DNA of 64,000 nt from Pseudomonadota bacterium (GTDB lineage Bacteria > Pseudomonadota > Gammaproteobacteria > Burkholderiales > Rhodocyclaceae), in the NCBI GenBank assembly GCA_018262195.1, contig JAGTRS010000017.1, forward strand, positions 639 through 64,638, written 5' to 3'. Under the pieces are notes generated by a model. It saw only the letters and a list, made by a program, of their open reading frames with translations, ran no database searches and was not told where the DNA came from. The position numbers and the translations under genes are program-made. Positions 18,579 through 29,184 of the stretch are shown piece after piece (positions within the stretch are counted from its first letter, which is position 1; the number at the start of each line of letters is the position of its first letter).

Positions 18579-18738
18579 ATATGCTTCGTCCAACCAGCGA
18601 GAATCGACGCTGGCGAACGCATGAAAAACCAGTACGCATCTCTTGAATGTTCCCCGGATTCAAAGCAGACTGGCGAAAAAAACCAAGACTTCAAACCAAG
18701 CGCAGCCAGACCAAAATCACGCTTCCCAGGGAGGAGCG

Positions 18739-21132
18739 ATGACGATGAATCAACAAGAGTTTGAACGTGCCTTGCAGGCATGTGCTTCGGAACCAATCCA
18801 TCAGATCGGTCACGTTCAGCCTCATGGGGCGCTATTGGCCATTTCATGCGATAAGCCCCACCGGGTTTGCCAGGCCAGCCAGAACATCGCCGAATTTGTC
18901 GGACGGGATCTTGAAAACGTTCTGAATCAGCCGCTGGCCAACGTTCTTGGCTTGTCGGCACTGGCCCATATCGACGAATTGATCCTCGCGATCAACGAGC
19001 AACCGACGGCTAGCGGCAAAATCGTCGTACAACTCGATGCAGCGCCGGTTGAATTGATGCTTCATGTCTATGCTTCAGACAACCTGATCGTGCTGGAAAT
19101 GGAGCGTGACGAAGGGCGGCATCAGGAAGCACTGCTGGCCGACCTGCTCCTCCAGACCCAGCAATCCATGTTGCGCACGGATTCCTATTTTGAAACCGGA
19201 CGATATTTCGACCTCATCGTCCAACTGGTGCGATCGCTCACCGGATACGACAGCGTTATGGTTTATCGCTTCGATCCGCACTGGAATGGCGAAATCATTG
19301 CGCAAAGTCGCATCGAGAAAGCACCGTCCTATCTGGGCATGCACTTCCCGGCCAGTGACATCCCGGCGCAAGCCAGGCGGCTATACACGACCAACCTCGT
19401 CCGCACGGTTGCCAATGTCGATGCTTGCCCTGTCCCGATCGTGCCGGAACTTAACCCCACCAAAGGGCAACCGCTCGATCTCACCTACTCGGCGTTAAGA
19501 AGCCTTTCCCCGATCCACATCGAATATCTGCGCAATATCGGCGTCCACTCGTCGATGGTGATCTCGCTGATCCAAAACGGCAGGCTATGGGGATTGATCG
19601 CCTGCCATCATCTGGCTCCAAAGCCAGTTTCGATGGGCCTGCGCGAAGCCGCCATATTTCTCAGCCGCCTGGTTTCCTCTCGCCTGTCGACCATTGAAGC
19701 CATGGAGCAAACTCAGCTGACCGACAGCGCCAATCTGATTGTCGGCGATTTGCTGCGGGCACTGCCCATGTCGCCGGTTCGAGAAATCCTGCTTCGTCTC
19801 ATGCCGGAACTCCAGGAACTGCTGAGTGCCAGTGGGATGATTGTGGTGGTTGAGGGAGAAATCCACCTTTCTGGTGATGTCCCGGATCAGGAGCAGATCA
19901 CACAGCTGCGTCACTGGCTTTCGAGCACCCCGAAATCCGAAGTCGCGTTCAGTGATTTCCTTGGCAGAGATTGCCCCGAACTGGCCGGTGCCGCTGAGAG
20001 CATGGCCGGGATACTCACGACGCCGCCTTCACCGGATATGCATAACTGCATCATCTGGTTGCGCAAGGAGAAACCCCGAACCATCAACTGGGCCGGGAAA
20101 TATGAAGAAGGTTTTGTCCAGAATGCGGCGGGCAACTATCGCCTGACTCCAAGAAAATCCTTCGAACTATGGACGGAATCATGGCGCGGCCGCTGTTCAC
20201 CGTGGACGCCAGTGGAGATTGGCGTCGCCACCATGCTGGCGCTGGCCATTCCCGAAAGCCTCTCGCAAAAGAAATTGCTGGAAGAGGCGCAGGAACTGCA
20301 ACTCGGAGCGGAGGCGGAGCTGCGCATGCACCGTGACCATCTGGAGCAACTCGTCCAGCACCGCACACTGGAATTGTCGATCGCCAAGGAAGCTGCCGAG
20401 TCCGCCAACCGGGCAAAGACAGCCTTCCTGTCCAGCGTCTCGCATGAACTGCGAACGCCCATGAACGCAATCATGGGCATAACAACGCTGGCACAACGTC
20501 GGACGGAAGATCCCAAGTTGCTCGATTATTTCGAGAAGATGAAGGAAGCATCGGCGCGACTGCTCGCGGTCATCAACGACATGATCGCCATTTCGGAGAT
20601 CGAGTCAGAGCGACTGACCCTGAACCTGAAAGAGTTTCAACTGACTGAAATCACGGATCACGTCAAAAAACTGATGATGCCGAAAGCGGTTGAGAAAAAT
20701 CTCGCCCTGGAATTCGAGAATCTCGCTGACATGGGCTCGCTTTCGTTGTACGGCGACCGTGATCGTGTCGGTCAGATCCTCCTCAGCCTCATCGACAACG
20801 CGCTCAAATTCACGTCCGTTGGCTCAATCTCGGTCCGCGTGAATGTCAGCTCAAAAGACACATCACACGTTTTGATCAGGTTTGAAGTTCAGGATACCGG
20901 CATCGGGGTGAGCGATGAGGCCCGATCAAAGCTATTCCGCGTCTTTGAACAAGCTGACGGCGCAGAAAACCGACGGTATGGCGGAACGGGTCTCGGTCTG
21001 GCCATTTGCCTGCGGCTGGTCAAACTGATGGGTGGCGATATTGGTGTGAAGGGCAACGAAGGTCCGGGCAGCACGTTCTGGTTCTCCGTTCTGCTGCCGG
21101 TCATTTCCAGCCACCCGTTGCAGCAGGGCTGA
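18739..21132 (+). CDS. bphP: Bacteriophytochrome histidine kinase (PAS-GAF-PHY-HisKA-HATPase)
   Basis: N-terminal bilin-attachment Cys (CASEPIHQIGHVQPHG), FPASDIP, HIEYL, LWGLIACHH, PRKSF, SHELRTP, GGTGLGL; start after GGAGG at 18730. Confidence 0.92.
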   Translation: MTMNQQEFERALQACASEPIHQIGHVQPHGALLAISCDKPHRVCQASQNIAEFVGRDLENVLNQPLANVLGLSALAHIDELILAINEQPTASGKIVVQLDAAPVELMLHVYASDNLIVLEMERDEGRHQEALLADLLLQTQQSMLRTDSYFETGRYFDLIVQLVRSLTGYDSVMVYRFDPHWNGEIIAQSRIEKAPSYLGMHFPASDIPAQARRLYTTNLVRTVANVDACPVPIVPELNPTKGQPLDLTYSALRSLSPIHIEYLRNIGVHSSMVISLIQNGRLWGLIACHHLAPKPVSMGLREAAIFLSRLVSSRLSTIEAMEQTQLTDSANLIVGDLLRALPMSPVREILLRLMPELQELLSASGMIVVVEGEIHLSGDVPDQEQITQLRHWLSSTPKSEVAFSDFLGRDCPELAGAAESMAGILTTPPSPDMHNCIIWLRKEKPRTINWAGKYEEGFVQNAAGNYRLTPRKSFELWTESWRGRCSPWTPVEIGVATMLALAIPESLSQKKLLEEAQELQLGAEAELRMHRDHLEQLVQHRTLELSIAKEAAESANRAKTAFLSSVSHELRTPMNAIMGITTLAQRRTEDPKLLDYFEKMKEASARLLAVINDMIAISEIESERLTLNLKEFQLTEITDHVKKLMMPKAVEKNLALEFENLADMGSLSLYGDRDRVGQILLSLIDNALKFTSVGSISVRVNVSSKDTSHVLIRFEVQDTGIGVSDEARSKLFRVFEQADGAENRRYGGTGLGLAICLRLVKLMGGDIGVKGNEGPGSTFWFSVLLPVISSHPLQQG

Positions 21133-21483
21133 TGAGTTCCATCGACAAGATCAGGTCTTTTGCTGATCGCCTGCGCATGGAAACTCCTCCGGTACATCTT
21201 GGACTCGACCACCACCCTCTGCTTTCCCCGTTGATTCATGCCTCGCTGAGCAACGCGGCATATGCGGCGGCACTGAGCGCACTGCATTGCCCGCCAACTT
21301 GAAACCAGCCTTTCAAGCACAGCACCCCGCGACTTTTTCAGGAACGCGGGAGGCACCGCTCGCAGGGAAAAGTTCTGGCAATTCGCCACAAGATACTGTC
21401 AGGAGGATGCCTTCCCGGACGCGGCAAATGCAGCAAACCAGACCTTTGGTCTGTACAGGGCCATCTCGACCAGTGCCTATTAA
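21132..21483 (+). pseudogene. bphO: Decayed heme oxygenase (bphO-like): frameshifted and internally deleted
   Basis: TGATG-coupled to bphP; frame 1 LRMET..VH..LDHHPLLSPL...Y...L.ALH, stop at 21302; shifted frame QLETSL...PRDFF...KFWQF...AANAANQTFGLY. Confidence 0.65.
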
Positions 21484-21635
21484 TCCTCGGTACCGCTCAG
21501 GCTGACAGTCTCCCCGGTTATCGACCGGCATAGCGCCCTCCTCGCTCTGACTGCCTTGCGTCTTCAAAACGGATGGAAGCATTCGGAGGAACGGGCTGAA
21601 AGAAAATGAGGCCCGAGCACTCAAGCACTGCACCC

Positions 21636-21686
21636 AAATATCATATTCAGCAAGGATGTATCAATAGACGTTCGAATATGATATTT
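21636..21686. promoter_or_regulatory. 13-bp perfect inverted repeat upstream of the sensor kinase
   Basis: AAATATCATATTC (21636-21648) and GAATATGATATTT (21674-21686), 25-bp spacer. Confidence 0.5.
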
Positions 21687-21805
21687 TTTATACATTAGGA
21701 GATTAGCCTACTAGCCCCCCCCCGAATACTTGAGTCGCCGGCCCAAAAAGCCACGAATGCCCAATAGGCGATGCAAGGCATTTTGCTGAGGGTCGAAGAA
21801 GGGAA

Positions 21806-24700
21806 ATGTTGGTGAAGTATCCAAGCTTCAACCGCCAATCGCTGAAAATGCGAATCACGCTGGTGACCTTCGGCATTTTTCTGCTGGGTACCTGGTCACT
21901 ATCGTTCTATGTTGGCCGCGTGCTTGAACGTGACATGACGCGGCTGCTGAGCGAGCAGCAATTCTCTCTGGCCGGTTTGCTGGCCAAGGAAATCGACCAT
22001 GAATTATCCGATCGCCTTGAAGCGCTCAAATTGGTCGCAATTGCCTCCGGGCCGGCAATGCAAAAAGGGCCGGCTGCCATACAGGCATCCATTCAGCAAC
22101 GCACATTTCTGCAGTTCTGGTTCAATGGGGGCATCATTGCCTATGGACGAGATGGGGTAGCGATCGCGGAAGCCCCAGTTGCGGCCGTGCATCTCGACAT
22201 CAGCAATCTGGCTGGCGATGCCCTGGCAAGAGCGCTTGAGCAAGGACACCCGGGCATAAGCCAAGTGGCACTCGACAAGCAACTGAATGCCCATGTATTC
22301 GCCATGGTCGCGCCAATTCGGGACGAACAAGGGGGCATCATCGGGGCGCTGGCCGGGCTTATCAATCTGGACAAGCCCAACTTCCTGACCCGGATCACCG
22401 ATAGCCGCTTCGGCAAATTAGGCGGCTACTTGCTGATCGATCGGACCACTCGCCAGATTGTGATGGCAACCGACAAGCGCCGTGTCATGGAGAAATTACC
22501 TCCGCCTGGCATCAATCCAAAAATAGATCGTTTCCTCGACGGCTACGAGGGTTCGGTCATCCTGGTCAATCCGCTCGGACAGGAAATCCTGGCATCTGAT
22601 GTTGGCCTGCCTCAGGCCAACTGGCTTGTCAGTGTCGTCTCTCCGACCGACGAAGTGTTTGCGCCAATCACCGGCATGAAACGCCAGATGCAGCTCGCCG
22701 CGCTGGCACTGACCTTGCTGGCAGCCGGATTGACCTGGTGGGCCTTGCGGCATCAACTGAGACCGCTGGAGAGCGCTCTGGACAAGCTGCAACAGATGAG
22801 TGCGCCCGGTCAGAAACTTGAGCCATTGCCGATCAGAAAGCCGGACGAAATCGGACGGCTCTCGGGTGCCTTCAACGCCTTGGCGGAGGCCATCAAGATC
22901 CGCGAACAAGCCTTGCGGGAGGGGCACGAACGTTTGCGCAACATTCTGGAAACGAGCCTTGATGGTTTCTGGCGTGTCAGCCGCGATGGCGTTCTGCTTG
23001 AAGTCAATGAGCGATACACCCAACTCTCCGGCTACAGGCATGAGGAAATGATCGGCCGCACAGTCTTCGAATTTCTCGGTGACCAGGACCAGCAGCTTGC
23101 CCTGAAACGCCACCTTGACATCCTGGCAGCCGGCCATGGGCAGTTTGAGGACATCCATCGCCGCAAGGATGGCAGCACATGGTACGTCGAGGTCAGTGCG
23201 AGCTATCGCGCTTCTGGGGAAGGCGAAATCGTTTCATTCATTCGCGACATCACGGAGCGAAAGCGCAGCGAGGCGGCGCTTCTGGACGCCCAGCACAAAT
23301 TCGATGCACTGGTTCAGCAGTCGCTGGTTGGCGTCTATATGATTTGCGCAGGTCGCTTCCAGTACGTCAATCCACACTTCGCTGAAATGTTCGACTATGC
23401 GAGCCCGGAAGAACTGCTCGCCTCCGCCTCGGTGGCCGATCTGGTCGCCCCGGAGGACAGGGAACTGGTCATCAACAACCTCCGTCGCCGCGAGGAAGGA
23501 ACGCAAGAGCAAATCAACTACGCATTTAACGCACGGCGCAAGGATGGCAGTATTTTCAGCGTTGAGGTCTATGGCAGCCGGATCGACTTCGAAGGTCAAA
23601 CGGCCGTCATGGGCGTTGCACTGGACATCTCGAAGCGACGGCAGGCTGAATCGGTGTTGGAAAATTACCGCAAAAACCTGGAAAACCAAGTGTTGACGCG
23701 AACGCGTGAATTGGCCGAGGCAAGAGACCGGGCCGAGGGAGCCAACCGCGCCAAGACTGCATTCCTGAGCAACATGAGTCACGAACTTCGCACGCCGCTC
23801 AACCACATCTCCGGATTTGCCGCCTTGCTCGGCAGCGACATCGAAACAACTCGCGGCAAGGAGCGCCTGCATAAAATCGTTGAATCAACCAATACCTTGC
23901 TGGGACTGATCAACGAGCTACTCGACTACTCCCGCCTTGAATCCAGGCAGATTCTCATCGACGATCAGCCTTTCGAATTGGCCACCTTGCTCGACCAGAT
24001 CGAGCTGGCCTACCGCGATGTCGCCACCAGCAAGGGATTGATTTTCCAGCGCCTGGTCTCCCCCCTGTTGCCAGCGCGCCTGCAGGCCGACCCGATCCGC
24101 CTTGCCCAGATCATCGGCCACCTGGTCGACAATGCGATCAAGTTTTCTAAACAGGGAACGGTCACGCTGCGGGTCTGCAAGGAAGAGGGAATGGGTACCT
24201 TGCTTCCCTTGCTGCGCTTCGAGGTTCAGGATCAGGGCATTGGTATACCTCCGGAAATCCAGGGCGGCCTGTTCACGCTATTCCATCAAGGCGACAACTC
24301 GACCACGCGCCACTTCGGCGGAACGGGACTGGGATTGGCCCTTTGCAAGCGGATGGTGGAGCTCATGGCGGGAGAAATCGGCTTTTTGTCGACACCGGGC
24401 CAAGGCACTACGGTCTGGCTCACCATTCCACTGATTGCGGCAGATCATCAGCCGACTGAGTCCATGGACATGACGCCAGCGGATCCACAGGAGAGTCCGC
24501 TAAACTTGGCTCGCTTGGCTAGATTGCTGGCCACGGGGGACATCGAGGCCAAGACCCTTTGTGATCGCCATGAGTCTGAACTGGCGGTAATTTTGAAAGA
24601 GCGCACACAAGCCTTCCAGAAGGCCATAGCGGAGTTTGATTTCGAGACAGCCCACCACCTGATGCAAGAGGCAATCGCCAGCCGGCCTCCTCCTGCATAG
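21806..24700 (+). CDS. Membrane sensor histidine kinase (Cache-like, HAMP, 2 PAS, HisKA, HATPase), no receiver domain
   Basis: Two TMs, DEIGRLSGAFN (HAMP), two PAS/PAC (RKDG...RDITERK), FLSNMSHELRTPL, NAIKF, GGTGLGL. Confidence 0.9.
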   Translation: MLVKYPSFNRQSLKMRITLVTFGIFLLGTWSLSFYVGRVLERDMTRLLSEQQFSLAGLLAKEIDHELSDRLEALKLVAIASGPAMQKGPAAIQASIQQRTFLQFWFNGGIIAYGRDGVAIAEAPVAAVHLDISNLAGDALARALEQGHPGISQVALDKQLNAHVFAMVAPIRDEQGGIIGALAGLINLDKPNFLTRITDSRFGKLGGYLLIDRTTRQIVMATDKRRVMEKLPPPGINPKIDRFLDGYEGSVILVNPLGQEILASDVGLPQANWLVSVVSPTDEVFAPITGMKRQMQLAALALTLLAAGLTWWALRHQLRPLESALDKLQQMSAPGQKLEPLPIRKPDEIGRLSGAFNALAEAIKIREQALREGHERLRNILETSLDGFWRVSRDGVLLEVNERYTQLSGYRHEEMIGRTVFEFLGDQDQQLALKRHLDILAAGHGQFEDIHRRKDGSTWYVEVSASYRASGEGEIVSFIRDITERKRSEAALLDAQHKFDALVQQSLVGVYMICAGRFQYVNPHFAEMFDYASPEELLASASVADLVAPEDRELVINNLRRREEGTQEQINYAFNARRKDGSIFSVEVYGSRIDFEGQTAVMGVALDISKRRQAESVLENYRKNLENQVLTRTRELAEARDRAEGANRAKTAFLSNMSHELRTPLNHISGFAALLGSDIETTRGKERLHKIVESTNTLLGLINELLDYSRLESRQILIDDQPFELATLLDQIELAYRDVATSKGLIFQRLVSPLLPARLQADPIRLAQIIGHLVDNAIKFSKQGTVTLRVCKEEGMGTLLPLLRFEVQDQGIGIPPEIQGGLFTLFHQGDNSTTRHFGGTGLGLALCKRMVELMAGEIGFLSTPGQGTTVWLTIPLIAADHQPTESMDMTPADPQESPLNLARLARLLATGDIEAKTLCDRHESELAVILKERTQAFQKAIAEFDFETAHHLMQEAIASRPPPA

Positions 24701-24732
24701 CAGCGGGCAGCAGCGCGTACCAAGCATTGCTC

Positions 24733-25083
24733 TCAGCGGTTCCGACCGCCCCCCATACCGCCACCCATTCCGCCACCCATTCCGCCACCCATTCCGCCAC
24801 CGGGCCCCATCCTGCGCCCCATACCTCCACCTTGAGCCGGAGGTTCGTTGGGCAGTTCGACTCCTCGCTCCTTGGCACGTAGTTGCATTTGCTCGTGGTG
24901 TTCAAGGCGATATTGTTCCCGCTCTTCTGCGGTCTTTGCGGCACGCAACTTGTTTCGATGCTCAATACGTTCCTGATTGGTCATCAATTGGCTGCCGTAA
25001 ATCGGTGCATCGGCAGCGATCGCGCCAGAGGCCATCAAGCCGAGAGCCAAGGCAGACAGCACAATTTTCAGTTTGCTCATCAT
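24733..25083 (-). CDS. Small exported protein with Gly/Met-rich tail
   Basis: Signal peptide MMSKLKIVLSALALGLMASGAIA, IYGSQLMT..ER helical core, (GGGM)n tail. Confidence 0.75.
   Translation of the reverse strand: MMSKLKIVLSALALGLMASGAIAADAPIYGSQLMTNQERIEHRNKLRAAKTAEEREQYRLEHHEQMQLRAKERGVELPNEPPAQGGGMGRRMGPGGGMGGGMGGGMGGGMGGGRNR
24746..24801. repeat. 12-bp coding tandem repeat (CCGCCACCCATT, about 4.7 copies)
   Basis: Units at 24746, 24758, 24770, 24782 and a partial unit at 24794; encodes GGGM. Confidence 0.85.
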
Positions 25084-25214
25084 CTCTCTCCCAAAATTAC
25101 GTTTTCTCGCGGGCAACCGAGATGCAGACTTTCGTACCCGCTTCAACTCCGCTGCGGAACTTGCTCCAGGGAAAGCATTCGACACCTCCCACTCTTTCTT
25201 TATAGACCAGAAGA

Positions 25215-25895
25215 TTAGAAAACATTGATGCCGCGGCAATTTGTCGCAGCCTGTAGCGCCGCCCCCAGACTTTCGACCAGAGCATCACAATCCTCTGCCT
25301 TGACCGGCTCGCCTTCGTTGTAACCATAGGGAACGCAATAAACGGTGCAACCGGCGTTGCGGGCGGTTTCAATGTCGTGCCGTGAATCACCGATGTGCAG
25401 GTTGGTGGCTGGATTTGTCTGCATCAAGCGGCAGGCATGATGCAGCGGTGCCGGATGCGGCTTGCGGTGGGGCGTCGTGTCGCCGGATACGATGGTGCTG
25501 AAATAGGCAGCCAGCCCCATGCGCTCGATCAATGGCTCGGTGAAGGCGGCCGGCTTGTTGGTGACGACGGCCAGGGGTAGGCCGGTGGCGCGCCAGGCAT
25601 CGAGGCCTTCGCGGACGCCTTCAAAAATCCGGCTTTTTTTACCGTTGAAGGCCGCATAGTGACGCTGGAAGACCTCAACCGCCTCGGCCAGTGCTCTTTC
25701 CTCCGGCGGTGTCTCCCAGGTCAGGCAACGGCGCACGAGCACGACAACACCTTGCCCGACGAAATTGCGGATTTCATTCTCGCTACGTGGCGGCAGGCCG
25801 AGTTCGGACAAAGTTGCCAGGGCGGCAGCGTGCAGATCAGGTACGGTATCGAGCAGCGTGCCATCGAGATCGAAGGTGACGGATTGGAAGCGCAT
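25215..25895 (-). CDS. gph: Phosphoglycolate phosphatase (CbbZ)
   Basis: FDLDGTLLDT, VTNKP, KPHPAP, IGDSRHD, YGYN. Confidence 0.9.
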   Translation of the reverse strand: MRFQSVTFDLDGTLLDTVPDLHAAALATLSELGLPPRSENEIRNFVGQGVVVLVRRCLTWETPPEERALAEAVEVFQRHYAAFNGKKSRIFEGVREGLDAWRATGLPLAVVTNKPAAFTEPLIERMGLAAYFSTIVSGDTTPHRKPHPAPLHHACRLMQTNPATNLHIGDSRHDIETARNAGCTVYCVPYGYNEGEPVKAEDCDALVESLGAALQAATNCRGINVF

Positions 25896-26596
25896 CAGAC
25901 TTCGGCCAGTTGACTGCGCAAGGCGCCGATGACCGAATCGTAGCGGTGCGGATCGCTGTCCTTGCCTGCGCCGTAGACGGCCGAACCGGCGACGAAGGCG
26001 TCGATGCCGGCACGGGCGATTTCGGCGATGTTGGCGGTGTTTACGCCACCATCGATTTCCAGGCGAATGCGCCGGCCGGTTTCACGTTCGTATGCGTCGA
26101 GCTTGGCCCGCGCCAGCTTCGCCTTGGCCAGTGTACCGGGGATGAATTTCTGGCCGCCGAAGCCGGGGTTGACGCTCATGAGCAGGATGACGTCGATCTT
26201 GTCGAGCACGTAATCCATGTAATCGAGTGGCGTCGCCGGGTTGAAGACCAGGCCGCTCTGGCAGCCGGCATCGCGGATCAGCGACAGGCTGCGATCAACG
26301 TGATCGGACGCTTCCGGGTGGAAGGTGATGATGTTGGCGCCGGCCTTGGCGAAGTCGGGGATGATGCGGTCGACCGGTTTGACCATCAGGTGCACGTCGA
26401 TGGGCGCCGTGGTACATGGCCGGATCGCCGCACATACCAGCGGGCCGATGGTCAGGTTGGGGACGTAGTGGTTGTCCATCACGTCGAAGTGAATCCAGTC
26501 GGCGCCGGAGGCGATGACATTGCTGACCTCTTCGCCGAGTTTGGCGAAATTAGCGGAGAGGATGCTTGGGGCGATGACGAAATCAGGTTGGCTCAT
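25895..26596 (-). CDS. rpe: Ribulose-phosphate 3-epimerase (CbbE)
   Basis: [37 protein letters not shown]; start at ATG 26596 after GGAGG. Confidence 0.95.
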   Translation of the reverse strand: MSQPDFVIAPSILSANFAKLGEEVSNVIASGADWIHFDVMDNHYVPNLTIGPLVCAAIRPCTTAPIDVHLMVKPVDRIIPDFAKAGANIITFHPEASDHVDRSLSLIRDAGCQSGLVFNPATPLDYMDYVLDKIDVILLMSVNPGFGGQKFIPGTLAKAKLARAKLDAYERETGRRIRLEIDGGVNTANIAEIARAGIDAFVAGSAVYGAGKDSDPHRYDSVIGALRSQLAEV

Positions 26597-26606
26597 GGTG
26601 CCTCCG

Positions 26607-26636
26607 AAAAAAGGCGGCCCCAGACTTCGGGGCCGC
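26607..26636 (-). terminator. Intrinsic terminator-like hairpin between fba and rpe
   Basis: Minus strand GCGGCCCC-N7-GGGGCCGC followed by C and T6. Confidence 0.6.
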
Positions 26637-26672
26637 AAGACGCAAGGTACTGCAGAGTGATGCTCGGTTTGG

Positions 26673-27710
26673 TCAGCGGTAGGCGGCAGCCATTTTTTCC
26701 AGTGACACGGGTTTGATGCGGCTGGCCTGACCGGCGCAGCCAAAGGCGTCGAAACGCAATTTGCAGATGTCGCGCGCTGCGGCCACGGCGGCTTTTAAAA
26801 AAGCACGCGGATCGAATTCCTCGGGCTTTTCGGCCATCGCTTTCCGCATGGCGCCGGTCATGGCGAGGCGGATATCGGTGTCGATATTGACCTTGCGCAC
26901 GCCGTGGCGGATACCCTCGACGATCTCTTCGACCGGCACGCCGTAAGTTTCCTTGATCGCGCCGCCGTACTGGCGGATCACCGCCAGCCATTCCTGCGGC
27001 ACGCTGGACGAGCCGTGCATGACCAGATGGGTATTGGGAATCCGCGCGTGGATGGCCTTGATGCGGTCGATGGCAAGGATCTCGCCGGTCGGCGGCCGGG
27101 TGAACTTGTAGGCGCCGTGGCTGGTGCCGATGGCGATGGCCAGGGCGTCGACGCCGGTCTTGGCGACGAAGTCGGCGGCCTCTTCCGGATCGGTCAGCAT
27201 TTGCGAATGGTCGAGCTTGCCGGCGGCGCCGATGCCGTCCTCCTCACCCGCTTCGCCGGTTTCCAGCGAGCCGAGGCAGCCGAGTTCGCCTTCGACCGAA
27301 ACGCCGATGGCGTGGGCCATCTCGACCACCTTGCTGGTCACCAGGACATTGTAGGCGTAGGGCGCTGGCGTCTTGCCGTCCGGGCCCAGCGAGCCGTCCA
27401 TCATCACACTGGAAAAACCGCTGCGCATCGACTGCTGGCAGACGGCCGGCGAGGTGCCATGGTCCTGATGCAGGCAGACGGGGATGTCCGGGTATTGCTC
27501 GATGGCGGCTTCCACCAGCTTGCGCAGGAAGGGCTCGCCGGCATATTTTCGGGCGCCGGCCGAGGCCTGCAGAATGACCGGGCTGTCGCAGGCTTCGGCC
27601 GCCTGCATGATGGCCTGAATCTGCTCCATGTTATTGACGTTGAAGGCGGGTAAACCGTAGCTGTGCTCGGCGGCGTGGTCGAGCAGTTGGCGCAGGGAAA
27701 TGAGGGCCAT
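26673..27710 (-). CDS. fba: Class II fructose-bisphosphate aldolase (CbbA)
   Basis: [43 protein letters not shown]. Confidence 0.95.
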   Translation of the reverse strand: MALISLRQLLDHAAEHSYGLPAFNVNNMEQIQAIMQAAEACDSPVILQASAGARKYAGEPFLRKLVEAAIEQYPDIPVCLHQDHGTSPAVCQQSMRSGFSSVMMDGSLGPDGKTPAPYAYNVLVTSKVVEMAHAIGVSVEGELGCLGSLETGEAGEEDGIGAAGKLDHSQMLTDPEEAADFVAKTGVDALAIAIGTSHGAYKFTRPPTGEILAIDRIKAIHARIPNTHLVMHGSSSVPQEWLAVIRQYGGAIKETYGVPVEEIVEGIRHGVRKVNIDTDIRLAMTGAMRKAMAEKPEEFDPRAFLKAAVAAARDICKLRFDAFGCAGQASRIKPVSLEKMAAAYR

Positions 27711-27824
27711 GATCGTTCCTTAGTGTCTTTGGGAAGCGTTAACAAAATGAAGCGCAGCGGTTCTGGCTAGGGGCGCCGCCTTGCAGTACAACGGGTACGG
27801 CAAGGCGGCGCAACGACGCCAGAA

Positions 27825-28847
27825 TCATTTTGTTGGCGCTTCCCGGGCGATGTGCTGGACGAAGCGCAGCATGTTGCAGGTGTAGCCGTATTCGTTGTCG
27901 TACCAGGCAACGACCTTGACGAAGGTGGGGTCGAGGGCGATGCCGGCCGTGGCGTCGAAAATCGACGGCTTCGGGCAACCGCGAAAATCGGTGGAGACCA
28001 CCTTTTCGTCGGTATAGCCAAGCACGGTCTTGAGCGGCCCCTTGCTCGAAGCGGCCTTCATCGCGGTGCAGATTTCCTCGTAGGTCGCCGGCTTTTCGAG
28101 TTCGACGGTCAGGTCGACCACCGAGACGTCGGACGTCGGCACGCGGAAGGCCATGCCGGTCAGCTTTTTCTTGAGTTCCGGAATGACCTTGCCGACAGCC
28201 TTGGCGGCGCCGGTGGTGGACGGAATGATGTTCTCGAGAATGCCGCGCCCACCGCGCCAATCCTTGCTGGATGGGCCATCGACGGTCTTTTGTGTGGCCG
28301 TCGCGGCGTGCACCGTGCTCATCAGGCCGCGCTTGATGCCGAAATTGTCGTGCAGCACCTTGGCCACCGGCGCCAGGCAATTGGTCGTGCACGAAGCTGC
28401 CGAGACGATGGCTTCGCCGGCGTACTTCTGGTGATTGACGCCGAACACGAACATCGGCGTTTCGTCCTTGGCCGGGGCCGACTGGACGACCTTTCTGGCG
28501 CCCGCCGTCAGGTGTCTTGCGCAACTTTCGTGGGTCAGAAAATGCCCGGTCGCCTCAATCACGATATCGGCCTTGACCTCGCCCCAGTTCAGTTCGGCGG
28601 CATCCTTGAGGGCGCTGAGGCGGATTTTCTTGCCATTGACGACCAGATGGCAGCCATCGACCGCAATCTTTCCGTCAAAATTGCCGTGCACCGAGTCGTA
28701 CTTGAGCATGTAGGCGAGGTAGTCCGGTTCGAGCAGGTCGTTGATGGCGACCACCTCGATGTCGGCGAACTCCGCCTCCTTGGCGATGGCCCGGAAGGCC
28801 ATGCGCCCGATCCGGCCGAAGCCGTTGATTGCCACCCGTATAGGCAT
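27825..28847 (-). CDS. gap: Glyceraldehyde-3-phosphate dehydrogenase (CbbG)
   Basis: [24 protein letters not shown]. Confidence 0.96.
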   Translation of the reverse strand: MPIRVAINGFGRIGRMAFRAIAKEAEFADIEVVAINDLLEPDYLAYMLKYDSVHGNFDGKIAVDGCHLVVNGKKIRLSALKDAAELNWGEVKADIVIEATGHFLTHESCARHLTAGARKVVQSAPAKDETPMFVFGVNHQKYAGEAIVSAASCTTNCLAPVAKVLHDNFGIKRGLMSTVHAATATQKTVDGPSSKDWRGGRGILENIIPSTTGAAKAVGKVIPELKKKLTGMAFRVPTSDVSVVDLTVELEKPATYEEICTAMKAASSKGPLKTVLGYTDEKVVSTDFRGCPKPSIFDATAGIALDPTFVKVVAWYDNEYGYTCNMLRFVQHIAREAPTK

Positions 28848-28984
28848 GGTGTTGTCTCCTGATGATTAAGAATTCTTGAGCGAGCCGGCCCGTTACGCCC
28901 GCAGCAACGGGCGTTCGGGACGGCTTGAATTTGGGTTGGATCCGGTTAGGTGAGCATGGGAAGCGGCTTACTTTCTGTCATACG

Positions 28985-29150
28985 AACCCCTCCCCAGCCC
29001 TCCCCTTCTCAGGGGAGGGAGCCTGATTCCGCGCGATTTTGGGTGCTCCTCCCCTGTCAAGGGGGCGAAGCTGGGGTTTCGTGAAGCAACGCTTCGCGCC
29101 AGCGTAGCCGGCTGGCTATGCAAAGCCAGCCGTGGGGGGCGGGAGGGGTT
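28985..29150. repeat. REP-like composite palindromic element between tkt and gap
   Basis: Ends AACCCCTCCC/GGGAGGGGTT; internal hairpins CCCTCCCCT..AGGGGAGGG, GCGAAGC..GCTTCGC, GGCTGGCT..AGCCAGCC. Confidence 0.65.
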
Positions 29151-29184
29151 TGCGGACATATCGATCAAAACCCCAAACCGGCGC

